Positions 9,882 through 19,521 are shown, counted from the first letter of the stretch. The stretch: DNA of 64,000 nt from Thainema sp. (GCA_052168235.1 JBQLZK010000001.1:96001-160000); one strand, 5' to 3'. Program-made: numbers and translations. The notes: generated by a model from the letters alone, not told the origin.

Positions 9882-10754
9882 TCAATTAATCTTCAGCAAA
9901 TCAGTTGCCGCCGCGTATTCCGCTGCCGTTAGTGGTTCTTCCCGTAGTTCAATACCAAACTCGGCTTGAGCAGCAGTCGCCAATGATTCGATTAATTCTG
10001 AAATAGAAACTCCAAACCGCTCAACACCCAAACATTGTCCTGAACTTAGCGATGATTCTTCGAGCCTCTCGCCTCTCGCCTCTCGCCTCACCATCAATTC
10101 GGTGCGTTGCGCTTCGCTTAACGGCACCCTACGATCTTCTTCGTCAAAGCCTTTACCGTCCTCTACAGCCCTCTCCCCCTCACTCATCATTGAGAATACC
10201 TCTTCCAACAGCCCCACATCTTGCTGCACCCGAATCGAGCCATGCTGTAGAATGCCCTGTCGTCGTCGGAGTTGAGCGCTGCCAATTAGTTTTTCTCCAG
10301 TCGGTAAGACTAAATCCGCTGCGGTTGCCGTGCCGAAACAGTCAGGATTGTGAATATAGCCCCGTCCGGCTTCGCCAAATTGGAGAGAGAGATTGTGCGA
10401 TCGCAATCCTGTAATCAAAAATTGACAGAGATAGCGGTAAACCTCCATCCGCGATCCAAGCAAGTTAGAGGTAATTACCGCATAGGTTAAATCGCCTTGA
10501 TGCAGAACCGCTCGTCCGCCAGTCGGTCGTCGCACCAAGTCAATTAGCTGGCCTTGCCAGGTGAGATGCTGCCAGTGTTCTGGCCATGACCGTTGATGAT
10601 AACCCAGTGAAATTGCCGCAGGTGACCAGGTATAGAACCGCAGCACGCTCGGCATTTTGCCCGCCAAATGCTGCTCCAAAAGCCACGCATCAATTGCCAT
10701 CTGTACCGCACCCGGAGCGTCGATCAGCGGTATCAAACGCCAAATATTCGCCAT
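9882..10754 (-). CDS. Lipoate--protein ligase / octanoyltransferase family protein with a repeat-derived insertion
   Basis: QMAID, LRFYTW, VRRPTGGRAVLH, KLIGSAQ, LQHGSI. Confidence 0.9.
   Translation of the reverse strand: MANIWRLIPLIDAPGAVQMAIDAWLLEQHLAGKMPSVLRFYTWSPAAISLGYHQRSWPEHWQHLTWQGQLIDLVRRPTGGRAVLHQGDLTYAVITSNLLGSRMEVYRYLCQFLITGLRSHNLSLQFGEAGRGYIHNPDCFGTATAADLVLPTGEKLIGSAQLRRRQGILQHGSIRVQQDVGLLEEVFSMMSEGERAVEDGKGFDEEDRRVPLSEAQRTELMVRREARGERLEESSLSSGQCLGVERFGVSISELIESLATAAQAEFGIELREEPLTAAEYAAATDLLKIN
10101..10132 (-). repeat. GTAG-type REP hairpin embedded in frame in the lipoate ligase CDS
   Basis: Minus strand gtagggtgccgttaagcgaagcgcaacgcacc; adjacent to (gcctctc)x3 heptamers at 10064-10089. 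Confidence 0.65.
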
Positions 10755-10773
10755 CAATCACCCCAAACACACC

Positions 10774-10827
10774 GTAGGGGCGTTAGCGTAGCCATACCCG
10801 AAGGGTTATATGGCCATTCGCCCCTAC
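10774..10827. repeat. GTAG REP interrupted by a 26-nt insert
   Basis: gtaggggcg[ttagcgtagccatacccgaagggtta]tatggccattcgcccctac; compare the intact copy at 3652. Confidence 0.75.
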
Positions 10828-10901
10828 GTAAAATTGAAAGACACCAAACTAAATTTATTCCTATGAATTGTGGATTGAATAGCCTATAAATCGTTCCATC
10901 C

Positions 10902-10930
10902 GTAGGGACACGGCATTGCCGTATCCCTAC
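10902..10930. repeat. GTAG-type REP palindrome
   Basis: gtagggacacggca-t-tgccgtatccctac. Confidence 0.8.
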
Positions 10931-10961
10931 CCAAGGATTCCAACTTATTAAATCTGCGTTT

Positions 10962-11435
10962 CTATACGTTGCCGTATTCCTGCTGGAGCGGTTCATCGAC
11001 ATCATCGGCAATGGTAGCCACGATAGTCATAATCCGCGAGGTTTCAGCCGGAGTCAGTTCCTCCAGCGTCCGGCTCGATACCACCACAACTTCATTACCA
11101 ATGATGGCAAACCGAGCTTCAAACGTCTCCGACCAGTTCATCTTGAGTAGCTTTTGCATGAGCTGCGCTTCGTTCTTTGCGGGCAAATTTAGCACAGGTG
11201 CCCAAACGGTTAACGTATCCTCGTCCTCGGTGCCGGAAAGCTGCACCATCACCTCAACCGTGCCGTACTTGAACTTCCATAGATACTGATCGTTGGCATG
11301 GCTGACCATTGCCGTTTGGTCAGTTTCCAGGCTGGAGATCACCGTTTCAATCACTTCAATGTGATTGGCGGCGGTATCCTCTTCAAACTCTTCAGTCATC
11401 GTGGGCACCGATTCAAGACTAGATTGGTAAGTCAT
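10962..11435 (-). CDS. YbjN domain-containing protein
   Basis: WKFKYGTVEVMVQLSG...LMQKLLKMNWSETFEARFAI...VATIADDVDEPL, typical cyanobacterial YbjN-like sequence. Confidence 0.75.
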   Translation of the reverse strand: MTYQSSLESVPTMTEEFEEDTAANHIEVIETVISSLETDQTAMVSHANDQYLWKFKYGTVEVMVQLSGTEDEDTLTVWAPVLNLPAKNEAQLMQKLLKMNWSETFEARFAIIGNEVVVVSSRTLEELTPAETSRIMTIVATIADDVDEPLQQEYGNV

Positions 11436-11529
11436 AAGGAATGAACAAGAGACGTACGCTATCTCAACTCTACAATCTAAAAAAAGCGATTACCGGATCT
11501 AGAACGCAGTTCTTTATAAATCCTTTTCT

Positions 11530-11624
11530 CTTACATCTTGCACGTTGAGAGCCTGAAGAGGTTATTTTGCCGCCGCGATGCGGCGGCAAAATAACCTCTT
11601 CAGGGTTTTGGTGCAAAATATGAG
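11530..11624. mobile_element. TIR-flanked long-palindrome miniature element (25-bp arms, GAT loop)
   Basis: TIR cttacatcttgcac / gtgcaaaatatgag (11/14); perfect arms 11552-11576 and 11580-11604. Confidence 0.75.
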
Positions 11625-11731
11625 TTTCTTCGATATTTGCCTAAATCCTACTTGGTTCGGTATTTTCGCTTTGAGTGCTGCCCATTATCAGACACAATTA
11701 AACACGAGAGTTAAATCCGTTAGGAAAGATC

Positions 11732-13447
11732 ATGCCGCCGTTTAACTGGTTTCGTCGCGAGTTTGATGAAAAGGCCCAATCTGAGCAGTCTGCTGAATCG
11801 CAAGACCAGCAGACTGCTCAACCCGATGTTGCTGAGTCCAAATCGGATTCTGAATTAGCTGAATCAGCTGCTCCATCGGACTCGCAGCAACAGGCACTTG
11901 ATTATCTGGAGTGGGCGAAAGCAGCGTATCAAAATATTCAAAAGCAGCAGACTGCAACATCGGCGACTCCTACGGATGCCTCGACTGCAGATCCACCATC
12001 ATCTGCATCCAGTTCTGAACCAGCAGTTGCAGAACCGGGCGTTGCTGAAGCAGAAGTCACGGAACCAGAAGCCGAAGAAGCAAAAGTAGATGTGCAGGCT
12101 GCTCCAGAACCGACGCCAGAGCTAGAATCAGACACGGCGGCTGAAACAACTGAAGCGCCATCCGACGCTGAACCTGCTACGACTTCAGCATCTGTATCCT
12201 CTGCCTATGCGGCGGTGGAAGAACCGCTAGAAACACCTGTAGAGGAAGCAGTTGAAGCAGCGTCCACAGAACAGCCGGCTGCCGCCACGCCATTTTGGAT
12301 GCAGGCCAACGCAGAACGTCAAGAGCGCTTAGAACGGCTGAAAGCCACTGCTGAGGAAGAACCAGAGCTAGAGCCGACACCTCAACCCGCTGCTGCAACC
12401 ACAAAAACAGCACCACCTAAAATTCCGCCAGAACTGGTTGATTTTGACGAAGGCTTTATGTGGTCAGCGGAAATTTTGGCGGCTCAGGGACGGCGACCTG
12501 AAGAGATCTCAGTTGAAGAGATTACTTGGCTGAAGCGGCTGCGACAGGGACTTGGCAAAACTCGACGGGGCTTAGTGAATCAGCTCAAGGCCGTTGTCGG
12601 TCAGGGGCCACTGAACGAAGATGCTGTCATGGAGATTGAGGCACTGCTGCTCCAAGCTGATGTGGGTATTGAAGCCACCGATGAGATTATCAGTGGCCTG
12701 CAAAAGCGCTTACGGCAAGAGTCACTCCCCCCGGACGCTGCGATCGCATATTTAAAAGAGCTTCTGCGCAATATGTTGGATCAGCCGCTCCAGGGTAAGT
12801 ACAACGCTACGTTCGCGCCAGAAAAGGACACGTTTAATATCTGGCTGATCACGGGCGTTAACGGTGCCGGTAAAACGACTACGATTGGCAAAATCGCTCA
12901 TTTGGCCAAGAAGTCAGACTATCGCTGTCTGATTGCAGCAGCAGACACCTTTCGAGCGGCAGCGGTGGAGCAGGTCAAAGTCTGGGGCCAGCGCAGTGAT
13001 GTGGAGGTGATTGCCAACCCTGGCAAGAATACCGATCCAGCGGCAGTAGTTTACGATGCGATCAGCGCCGCTCAGTCCCGTGAAACGGAACTCTTGCTGG
13101 TGGATACGGCAGGGCGACTCCAGAATAAAAAGAATCTGATGGAAGAGTTGAGCAAAATCCGCCGCATCATTGATAAACGCGCCGACAATGCCAAGATAGA
13201 GTCGCTGCTGGTGCTAGATGCCACGCTGGGCCAGAACGGTCTGCGACAGGCGGAAGTGTTTGCCGAAGCAGCCCAACTCAGCGGTGTTGTCCTGACCAAG
13301 CTGGACGGTACGGCCAAGGGTGGTATCGCTCTAGCCGTGGTGCAGCAGTTGGGTTTACCGATCCGCTTTATTGGAGCGGGTGAGGGCATTGAAGACCTGC
13401 GCCCGTTTTCCAGCTATGAGTTTGTTGAAGCGCTACTCAGCGGTTAG
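11732..13447 (+). CDS. ftsY: Signal recognition particle receptor FtsY
   Basis: Acidic N-terminal region; GVNGAGKTTT, DTFRAAA, DTAGR, TKLDGTAKGG. Confidence 0.97.
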   Translation: MPPFNWFRREFDEKAQSEQSAESQDQQTAQPDVAESKSDSELAESAAPSDSQQQALDYLEWAKAAYQNIQKQQTATSATPTDASTADPPSSASSSEPAVAEPGVAEAEVTEPEAEEAKVDVQAAPEPTPELESDTAAETTEAPSDAEPATTSASVSSAYAAVEEPLETPVEEAVEAASTEQPAAATPFWMQANAERQERLERLKATAEEEPELEPTPQPAAATTKTAPPKIPPELVDFDEGFMWSAEILAAQGRRPEEISVEEITWLKRLRQGLGKTRRGLVNQLKAVVGQGPLNEDAVMEIEALLLQADVGIEATDEIISGLQKRLRQESLPPDAAIAYLKELLRNMLDQPLQGKYNATFAPEKDTFNIWLITGVNGAGKTTTIGKIAHLAKKSDYRCLIAAADTFRAAAVEQVKVWGQRSDVEVIANPGKNTDPAAVVYDAISAAQSRETELLLVDTAGRLQNKKNLMEELSKIRRIIDKRADNAKIESLLVLDATLGQNGLRQAEVFAEAAQLSGVVLTKLDGTAKGGIALAVVQQLGLPIRFIGAGEGIEDLRPFSSYEFVEALLSG

Positions 13448-13449
13448 TC

Positions 13450-13498
13450 TTTAATCAAAAAAGCGGGATGGCAGCGCCACCCCGCTTTTTTGATTAAA
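13450..13498. terminator. Bidirectional terminator-like palindrome between ftsY and the aminotransferase
   Basis: tttaatcaaaaaagcggg-a-tggc-agc-gcca-c-cccgcttttttgattaaa; A/T tracts on both sides. Confidence 0.85.
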
Positions 13499-14660
13499 CC
13501 AGCGATTTAGTAAAGCGATCTAGGCGCTCCATACCCTTTTTAATCGTTTCCATATCGGTCGCGTAGGAAAGGCGAATATTGTCATCAGCGCCAAAGGCCA
13601 CGCCGGGAATCGCAGCCACATGCTCAGTTTCGAGCAGCTTCGTGCAGAAATCCATCGACTTGATGCCTAGTTTAGAGATATTGGGGAACATGTAGAATGC
13701 GCCCTGCGGTTCTGGGCAGACAAACCCTGGAATTGAATTTAGCGCTTCATAGATATAGTTGCGACGTTCCGCAAAGGCAAGACGCATTTCTTCCACACAG
13801 TCTTGTGACCCTTCTAAAGCTGCGATCGCACCATACTGGGCAAAGGTACACACATTCGACGTGCTGTGGCCTTGAATTTTGGTTGTTGCCTGAATCAGTT
13901 CTTCTGGCCCCGCTAGATAGCCAACCCGCCAGCCCGTCATCGAGTAGGCTTTGGCAAACCCGTTGCTGGTAATCGTGCGGGCAAAGGCGTCTGGACTGGC
14001 TGCACCGATGCTGAAGTGAGTTGCACCATCGTAGAGAATCCGCTCATAGATTTCGTCTGCCACCACCCAAATGCCTGCATCGACAACCACCTGTGCGATC
14101 GCACGCACCTCATCGGGTGAGTACACCATGCCCGTCGGGTTAGACGGTGAGTTGAAAACAAATAGCTTCGTCTGAGGCGTAATCGCCTGCTTCAACTGCT
14201 CCGGCGTAATCTTGTAGCCTTGATCTACGGTGGTTTCGACAATGACCGACTTGCCACCCGCCAGCTTCACCATTTCGGGGTAGCTGACCCAGTAAGGAGC
14301 CGGAATAATTACCTCGTCGCCTTCCTCAATCAGCGCCTGAGTCAGATTGTAAAGGGACTGCTTGCCGCCATTGGTCACAGCAATATTTTTCACTTCGTAG
14401 GGAAGCTGATTCTCGGTTTGCAGCTTATGTGCGATCGCAGATCGCAAAGCGGGTTCACCTGCGGCTGGCCCATAGCGAGTTTTGCCATCATCTAATGCCT
14501 GCTTAGCGGCAGCTTTAATATGTTCCGGTGTATCAAAGTCCGGTTCTCCAGCGCTAAAGCTACAAACATCTAACCCATCGGCTTTCATGGCTTTGGCTTT
14601 TGCAGAGATGGCCAAAGTTAATGAAGCTTCTACCCGATTGACCCGTGCGGCTAATTTCAT
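13494..14660 (-). CDS. aspC: Aspartate aminotransferase (class I PLP)
   Basis: [35 protein letters not shown]. Confidence 0.88.
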   Translation of the reverse strand: MKLAARVNRVEASLTLAISAKAKAMKADGLDVCSFSAGEPDFDTPEHIKAAAKQALDDGKTRYGPAAGEPALRSAIAHKLQTENQLPYEVKNIAVTNGGKQSLYNLTQALIEEGDEVIIPAPYWVSYPEMVKLAGGKSVIVETTVDQGYKITPEQLKQAITPQTKLFVFNSPSNPTGMVYSPDEVRAIAQVVVDAGIWVVADEIYERILYDGATHFSIGAASPDAFARTITSNGFAKAYSMTGWRVGYLAGPEELIQATTKIQGHSTSNVCTFAQYGAIAALEGSQDCVEEMRLAFAERRNYIYEALNSIPGFVCPEPQGAFYMFPNISKLGIKSMDFCTKLLETEHVAAIPGVAFGADDNIRLSYATDMETIKKGMERLDRFTKSLV

Positions 14661-14839
14661 CCCGTTCTTCCTGCGCACTCACCTACGCACTCACATTCAG
14701 CTCTATTTGAATCAATCCACCAGTCAAATTACTGATGAAATCAGCAGGTTGACGGCACATGTTAACGACACATAGTGCTGTCAGCAATCTGACTAACGCC
14801 ATAATTCAACCAACCTAGTCTACTTCAGAGAATAAAATC

Positions 14840-14855
14840 TGACCGTTAACGGTCA
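14840..14855. promoter_or_regulatory. Perfect 16-bp palindrome, candidate operator upstream of aspC
   Basis: tgaccgttaacggtca, with imperfect aatc.../...gatt extension. Confidence 0.35.
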
Positions 14856-14986
14856 AGATTCGATCACATCTCGATCCACGACCCCATTTAATCAGCCTGT
14901 CGTAAATCAGCCTGTTATGGACTGTTGTAAAGTGGGCATCACCCACCAGCCCCAATCTTTGGTCAGCCAAAGTCAGGCCAACCCTG

Positions 14987-15304
14987 TTAAGAGACCGTTT
15001 CTAAAACCGCCTGTAGCCGACTCCGAAATTCACCTTTCGGATGTCCCCCTTTTACTTCACCCAAAATCTGAAACTCATCGCTTTCGGGTTCCTCACAGAC
15101 TAAATAGGTCGGCCATCCCATTGCTGATTTATCAGGATACTGAGCCAGCAGAATCTGGCGGTACTTCCGATAGGTAGCCGTATCCTGCATTTTGACGTTG
15201 ATGAAGTCCATCCCTAGTTCGGCGGCAACTTTCTCGTCATAAAAGGACATTTTGTGGCAGATGCCACAGTCTTCAGACGAAAACTTAATGACAGCACGAC
15301 TCAT
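14987..15304 (-). CDS. Thioredoxin-fold protein (CGIC)
   Basis: KFSSEDCGICHKM CxxC and GWPTY cis-Pro loop; ATG at 15304. Confidence 0.8.
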   Translation of the reverse strand: MSRAVIKFSSEDCGICHKMSFYDEKVAAELGMDFINVKMQDTATYRKYRQILLAQYPDKSAMGWPTYLVCEEPESDEFQILGEVKGGHPKGEFRSRLQAVLETVS

Positions 15305-15390
15305 GAGCGTTTCAATCTCTTTCGGTACATTGCAATTCCCCATTTTCCCAGAGATACTCTGAACTCGTGCCGAAACCGATGTAAATCGTC

Positions 15391-15429
15391 AAGAAAAATC
15401 CCCAGACTCTCCGAAGAGAGGCCAGGGAT
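15391..15429 (-). terminator. Intrinsic terminator in the leader of the thioredoxin-fold gene
   Basis: atccctggcctctc-ttcg-gagagtctggggat followed by ttttctt. Confidence 0.75.
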
Positions 15430-15434
15430 GAATC

Positions 15435-15572
15435 AGGGTGCATCTACTAATCACTCTTTTCCAAAGGCTATGAAGGCGATCCGGACAGTTTTACTAAATT
15501 ATCGGGTTTTACCGAACTTTGTATGAGACCCAAAGCGATGTGGGATTACCACGACACCAGGGGGTCATGATA
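15435..15572 (-). ncRNA. Structured leader RNA, probable manA RNA motif
   Basis: Minus strand tcatgacccc...ggtaatccc...gggtctcatacaaagttcggtaaaacccga...aaaactgtccgg...ttcatagcctttggaaaagagtgatta; several complementary segments. Identity as manA is from recall of the motif, not from a covariance search. Confidence 0.6.
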
Positions 15573-15688
15573 GTCAATCACTCCACTACCATCTCGTTTA
15601 CTGCGATTGGGATGCGATCGCATCCCAATTACATGAGTGGGAAAACCGTTTAGAGAACGATTCAGAAAACAGTTGAAAAATCTCAAAT

Positions 15689-15730
15689 CATCTGAATAGA
15701 TATTCAAATGGAAATGATTCTCAGTATCAT
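15689..15730. promoter_or_regulatory. SmtB/ZiaR-type inverted repeat and adjacent Fur/Zur-like box in the divergent promoter
   Basis: catctgaata-ga-tattcaaatg (15689-15710); on the minus strand tgatactgagaatcattt resembles TGATAATnATTATCA. Confidence 0.55.
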
Positions 15731-15787
15731 AGATCTGAAAGATATTTCTCAACTGTCTTTCAAATCAAGACGTTATTAATTTTGCTC

Positions 15788-16180
15788 ATGGCTGATTCTC
15801 GCTCTACAAAGAACTCCAACAATCAGAATGCTGATGCCCCTAGCTGTGAAAAGTCCCTCGTGCATTTGGACAATGTACGCCAGGTGCAGCCTGAGGTCTT
15901 GGAAACAGAAAAAGCTCAGCGGATGGCGGAGTTTTTTAGCGCCTTGGCCGACCCCCATCGGCTGAAGCTCTTGTCAGCGCTGGCGCGGCAGGAACTCTGC
16001 GTCTGTGACTTAGCGGCAGCGGTCAAAATGGGGGAATCAGCGGTATCCCATCAACTCCGAGTATTGCGATCTCAGCGTCTGGTTAAGTACCGTCGCCAGG
16101 GCCGCAACGTTTACTACGGACTAGCAGACGACCATATCATGGCTCTTTATCGCGAAGTGGCTGAACATCTGGATGAGTAA
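15788..16180 (+). CDS. ArsR/SmtB-family metal-sensing repressor (ZiaR/SmtB-like)
   Basis: [19 protein letters not shown], alpha5 site DDHI...EH. Confidence 0.92.
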   Translation: MADSRSTKNSNNQNADAPSCEKSLVHLDNVRQVQPEVLETEKAQRMAEFFSALADPHRLKLLSALARQELCVCDLAAAVKMGESAVSHQLRVLRSQRLVKYRRQGRNVYYGLADDHIMALYREVAEHLDE

Positions 16181-16216
16181 ACCCTGCCACCATTGCCGCT
16201 ATCGCGAATTCGGTGT

Positions 16217-16242
16217 AACATCTGAATAACCTTTCAGATATT
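16217..16242. promoter_or_regulatory. SmtB/ZiaR 12-2-12 operator upstream of the P1B-ATPase
   Basis: aacatctgaataacctttcagatatt with TGAA-N6-TTCA core. Confidence 0.8.
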
Positions 16243-16264
16243 CATAAAGTTTCCAGGTGGCCCT

Positions 16265-18280
16265 ATGGTCGAGTCTCATTCCCCTCACGCTGGCGGTTGC
16301 TGTGGTGCCGAATCAGCCTGTAGCCAGGAAACGGCGACCCCCCATCCCGTCGAGGAGCAGAGCGGGTGCTGTGGCCATGACCACGGACATGCCCATGATC
16401 GCAACGCCTTTGATCTCCGGCAGGAGCTAACTCCGATTGCGATCGCAGCCGTCCTTTTCCTGATCGGCCTGATCTTCAATCAAGCGCTGCACAATACCCC
16501 ATTCGCCATTGCCGAATACGCCGTTCTAATTCCGGCCTACCTAATCAGTGGTTGGAGCGTCCTCACCACAGCCGGACGCAACATTCTGCGGGGGCGGATT
16601 TTTGATGAGAATTTTCTGATGACGATTGCTACGCTGGGTGCGATCGCGATTCATGAAATTCCTGAAGCAGTGGCGGTGATGCTGTTTTTTCAGGTGGGAG
16701 AACTGTTTCAAGGCTATTCCGTGATGCGATCGCGCCGCTCCATCAAAGCGCTACTAGAGGTGCGACCTGATACAGCCAATCTGAGGGTGCAAGATGACGT
16801 GCGAGTCGTCTCTCCAGAATCAGTCAAAGTTGGAGACACAATCCTGGTGCGTCCCGGTGAAAAAGTACCCCTAGATGGCGAAATCCTAGAGGGTAAGTCG
16901 CTAGTGGATACCTCGGCCCTCACAGGAGAATCCGTCCCGCGCACTGTTGCAACTGGTGACACTGTACTGGCGGGCATGATCAACCAGTCAGGAGTGCTCA
17001 CTGTGCAAGTCACCAAGCCCTTCAGTGAATCGTCCATCTCCAGAATTTTGGAACTGGTCGAAAATGCCAGCAGTAAAAAAGCTGACACTGAAAAGTTCAT
17101 CACCCGTTTTGCTCGCTATTACACCCCGGTTGTCGTGTTTCTCTCGCTCGCGGTGGCTATTCTGCCACCTCTATTTCTAACGGGAGCAACTCCGGCTGAG
17201 TGGACTTACCGAGCCCTAGTCCTGCTAGTTATTTCCTGCCCCTGCGGTCTGGTCATCAGCATTCCCCTGGGCTACTTTGGCGGCGTAGGTGGAGCAGCTA
17301 AGCGCGGCATTCTGGTAAAAGGCTCCACCTTTTTGGATGCCCTGACCCAGGTAAAAATGGTGGTCTTTGATAAAACCGGCACCTTGACCCAGGGCAGCTT
17401 TCGCGTCACCGATGTGATTACTCACAACGGTTTGAGTCAGCATCAACTGTTAGAGCTAGCAGCCCAAGCCGAGTCTCAGTCTAATCATCCTGTCGCCCAA
17501 TCAATTCGACAGGCCTACGGACAGGTCATTGATCCCGCAGCGGTGCAGGATTATGAAGAGATTTCAGGCCACGGCATTCGCGCCCGAGTCAATGGACGAG
17601 CGGTGCTGGCAGGCAATGACAAACTCCTGCATCGCGAAGCGATTCCCCATGATGTTTGTGTCGTGGACGGCACTGTCGCGCATCTAGCCGTTGATGGTCA
17701 GTACAGCGGACGCATCATCATTGCCGATAAACTGAAGGAGGACGCTGTCGAGGCCATTCGCGCCCTTCATGCGCAGGGTATCCAAACCGCCATGCTTACG
17801 GGCGACAGCCAATCTGTGGCCGACAGGATTGCCCAAAAGCTGGGGCTTGACCAGTATCGAGCTGAACTGCTGCCCGAAGATAAGGTCGAAGTGCTGGAGG
17901 AATGGCTGCATCGAGTCCATCAAACTAAAGGCAAAGTCGCTTTTGTTGGGGATGGAATTAACGACGCACCGGTAATCGCCCGAGCCGATGTGGGTCTTGC
18001 AATGGGTGGACTCGGTTCAGATGCCGCCATTGAAACTGCTGATGTGGTGATCATGACTGATGCACCCTCTAAGGTTGCTGAAGCGATCCAGATTGCTCAC
18101 AAAACGCTGCGCGTTGTTTGGCAAAATATCATTTTCGCGATGGCAATTAAGGGGATTTTCATCGCCCTGGGCGCGATCGGGTTTGCTAGTCTCTGGGAAG
18201 CGGTGTTTGCCGATGTCGGTGTAGCACTGCTGGCCATTCTCAATGCGAGCCGGATTATTCGGAACCCTCAATCACATTAG
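16265..18280 (+). CDS. Zn/Cd-translocating P1B-type ATPase (ZiaA/CadA-like) with a Cys-Cys/His-rich N-terminus
   Basis: TGES, SCPC, DKTGT, HP, GDGINDAP; N-terminus GCCG...GCCGHDHGHAH. Confidence 0.95.
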   Translation: MVESHSPHAGGCCGAESACSQETATPHPVEEQSGCCGHDHGHAHDRNAFDLRQELTPIAIAAVLFLIGLIFNQALHNTPFAIAEYAVLIPAYLISGWSVLTTAGRNILRGRIFDENFLMTIATLGAIAIHEIPEAVAVMLFFQVGELFQGYSVMRSRRSIKALLEVRPDTANLRVQDDVRVVSPESVKVGDTILVRPGEKVPLDGEILEGKSLVDTSALTGESVPRTVATGDTVLAGMINQSGVLTVQVTKPFSESSISRILELVENASSKKADTEKFITRFARYYTPVVVFLSLAVAILPPLFLTGATPAEWTYRALVLLVISCPCGLVISIPLGYFGGVGGAAKRGILVKGSTFLDALTQVKMVVFDKTGTLTQGSFRVTDVITHNGLSQHQLLELAAQAESQSNHPVAQSIRQAYGQVIDPAAVQDYEEISGHGIRARVNGRAVLAGNDKLLHREAIPHDVCVVDGTVAHLAVDGQYSGRIIIADKLKEDAVEAIRALHAQGIQTAMLTGDSQSVADRIAQKLGLDQYRAELLPEDKVEVLEEWLHRVHQTKGKVAFVGDGINDAPVIARADVGLAMGGLGSDAAIETADVVIMTDAPSKVAEAIQIAHKTLRVVWQNIIFAMAIKGIFIALGAIGFASLWEAVFADVGVALLAILNASRIIRNPQSH

Positions 18281-18465
18281 GTATTCAGCTTGCCACTGGG
18301 AGGATATCGCTGTCTCAGTTCGTAGCGTGCCAATAGCCCTGAGCTAAGTAATATGGGTGCAGTGCGCGCGAGCGGCTTGTAGAGGAAAGTTGCTGTTAGC
18401 AAGACGGTTGCCCAACCCCTCATTTTCACTAGTTTAGGCAAATCCCTGGACGATTGCTGTTTCAA

Positions 18466-18555
18466 TAGACTTTATCGGAAATTGTTTTGTAGCGCGGCGA
18501 AGCCGCGCTACAAAACAATTTCCAACCCCAAAAATTTTATTTCCAATAAAGTCTA
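18466..18555. mobile_element. TIR-flanked long-palindrome miniature element (22-bp arms, GAA loop)
   Basis: TIR tagactttatcggaaat / atttccaataaagtcta (16/17); perfect arms 18477-18498 and 18502-18523; core ggc-gaa-gcc. Confidence 0.8.
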
Positions 18556-18633
18556 ATACCTTTCCCTCAATCACCCAAAATCCTGATCCAGTCTAGCTAA
18601 TCCATTTTGCTGACCTATCCGCCAAAAACACCA

Positions 18634-18676
18634 TGAAAATAGGGTGGAATTGTTGAACAATTCCACCCTATTTTCA
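18634..18676. repeat. Perfect 21-bp-arm palindrome between convergent genes; possible bidirectional terminator
   Basis: tgaaaatagggtggaattgtt-g-aacaattccaccctattttca. Confidence 0.75.
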
Positions 18677-18732
18677 AACTGACGACACTCCGCTGACTTG
18701 GCTTTGATGTAGCGTTGGTTTCGCGTTATAAA

Positions 18733-19521
18733 CTAAGGTTCGGTTCTGAACTGCTCAGTGGGCTGAAGATACTCAACCATTTGCTCAATACCGCGCTGGA
18801 TACGGCGGGTAACGGTCATGGGGCTGACCCCGATTTTCTCAGCCACTTCTTTACGAGATAGACCTTTTAGAAACACATAGTCAATGGCACAACGGGTCTT
18901 TTCTTCCAGTTGACTCATCGCCCGATGGAGCTGTTGGCGATCTTCCTCTAGCTGTTGTAATACCTGGTAGTGAGCGTCGGGAATCGTGTCGCCCAGAGTT
19001 AATGAGGAATCAGACTGATAGCTAACGGTGGCATCTAGACTGAGCAGGGAACGATTTTTAGAGGCCATCTTCACTTCGCGCCACTCATTCACTGCAACAC
19101 CCATCCGTTCAGCAATTTCGATATCGTTGGGTTGGTGGCCAAGCTCGCGGGTGAGGGCTAGGCGGGCTCTTTGACCTTCTTTTTGTAGATCTTGCCAGCG
19201 ACGGGGAATTCTAACTGTATTGCCGCGATCGCGCAGGAAGTGCAGCATCTCACCGCGAATGTAGGGAACCGCAAAGGAGCTGAATGCACAACCTTGGGTA
19301 GGGTCAAACCGCTCAATGGCACGGATCAGGCCGAGGTAGCCAATTTGCTCTAGATCTTCATAGGGTTCAGAGCACTGATGGCAAACCCGGTGAGCAATCT
19401 TACGGACGAGACCAGCATTTAAGCGAACCAGTTGGTTCCGGAGTCTTACAGAGGGATTCTGCTTGTAAGCAATGAGCAGTTCCATACCACGGGTGCGAAG
19501 TGAGGTTGTTTGAGTAGCCAT
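18733..19521 (-). CDS. sigF: RNA polymerase sigma factor SigF (group 3)
   Basis: EPYEDLEQIGYLGLIRAIERFDP, FSSFAVPYIRGEMLHFLRD, GVSPMTVTRR. Confidence 0.9.
   Translation of the reverse strand: MATQTTSLRTRGMELLIAYKQNPSVRLRNQLVRLNAGLVRKIAHRVCHQCSEPYEDLEQIGYLGLIRAIERFDPTQGCAFSSFAVPYIRGEMLHFLRDRGNTVRIPRRWQDLQKEGQRARLALTRELGHQPNDIEIAERMGVAVNEWREVKMASKNRSLLSLDATVSYQSDSSLTLGDTIPDAHYQVLQQLEEDRQQLHRAMSQLEEKTRCAIDYVFLKGLSRKEVAEKIGVSPMTVTRRIQRGIEQMVEYLQPTEQFRTEP

Noticed and set aside
15340..15600. Cobalamin or other classical riboswitch
   Set aside because: No B12 box or other familiar aptamer core is recognisable; it fits a manA-like RNA better.
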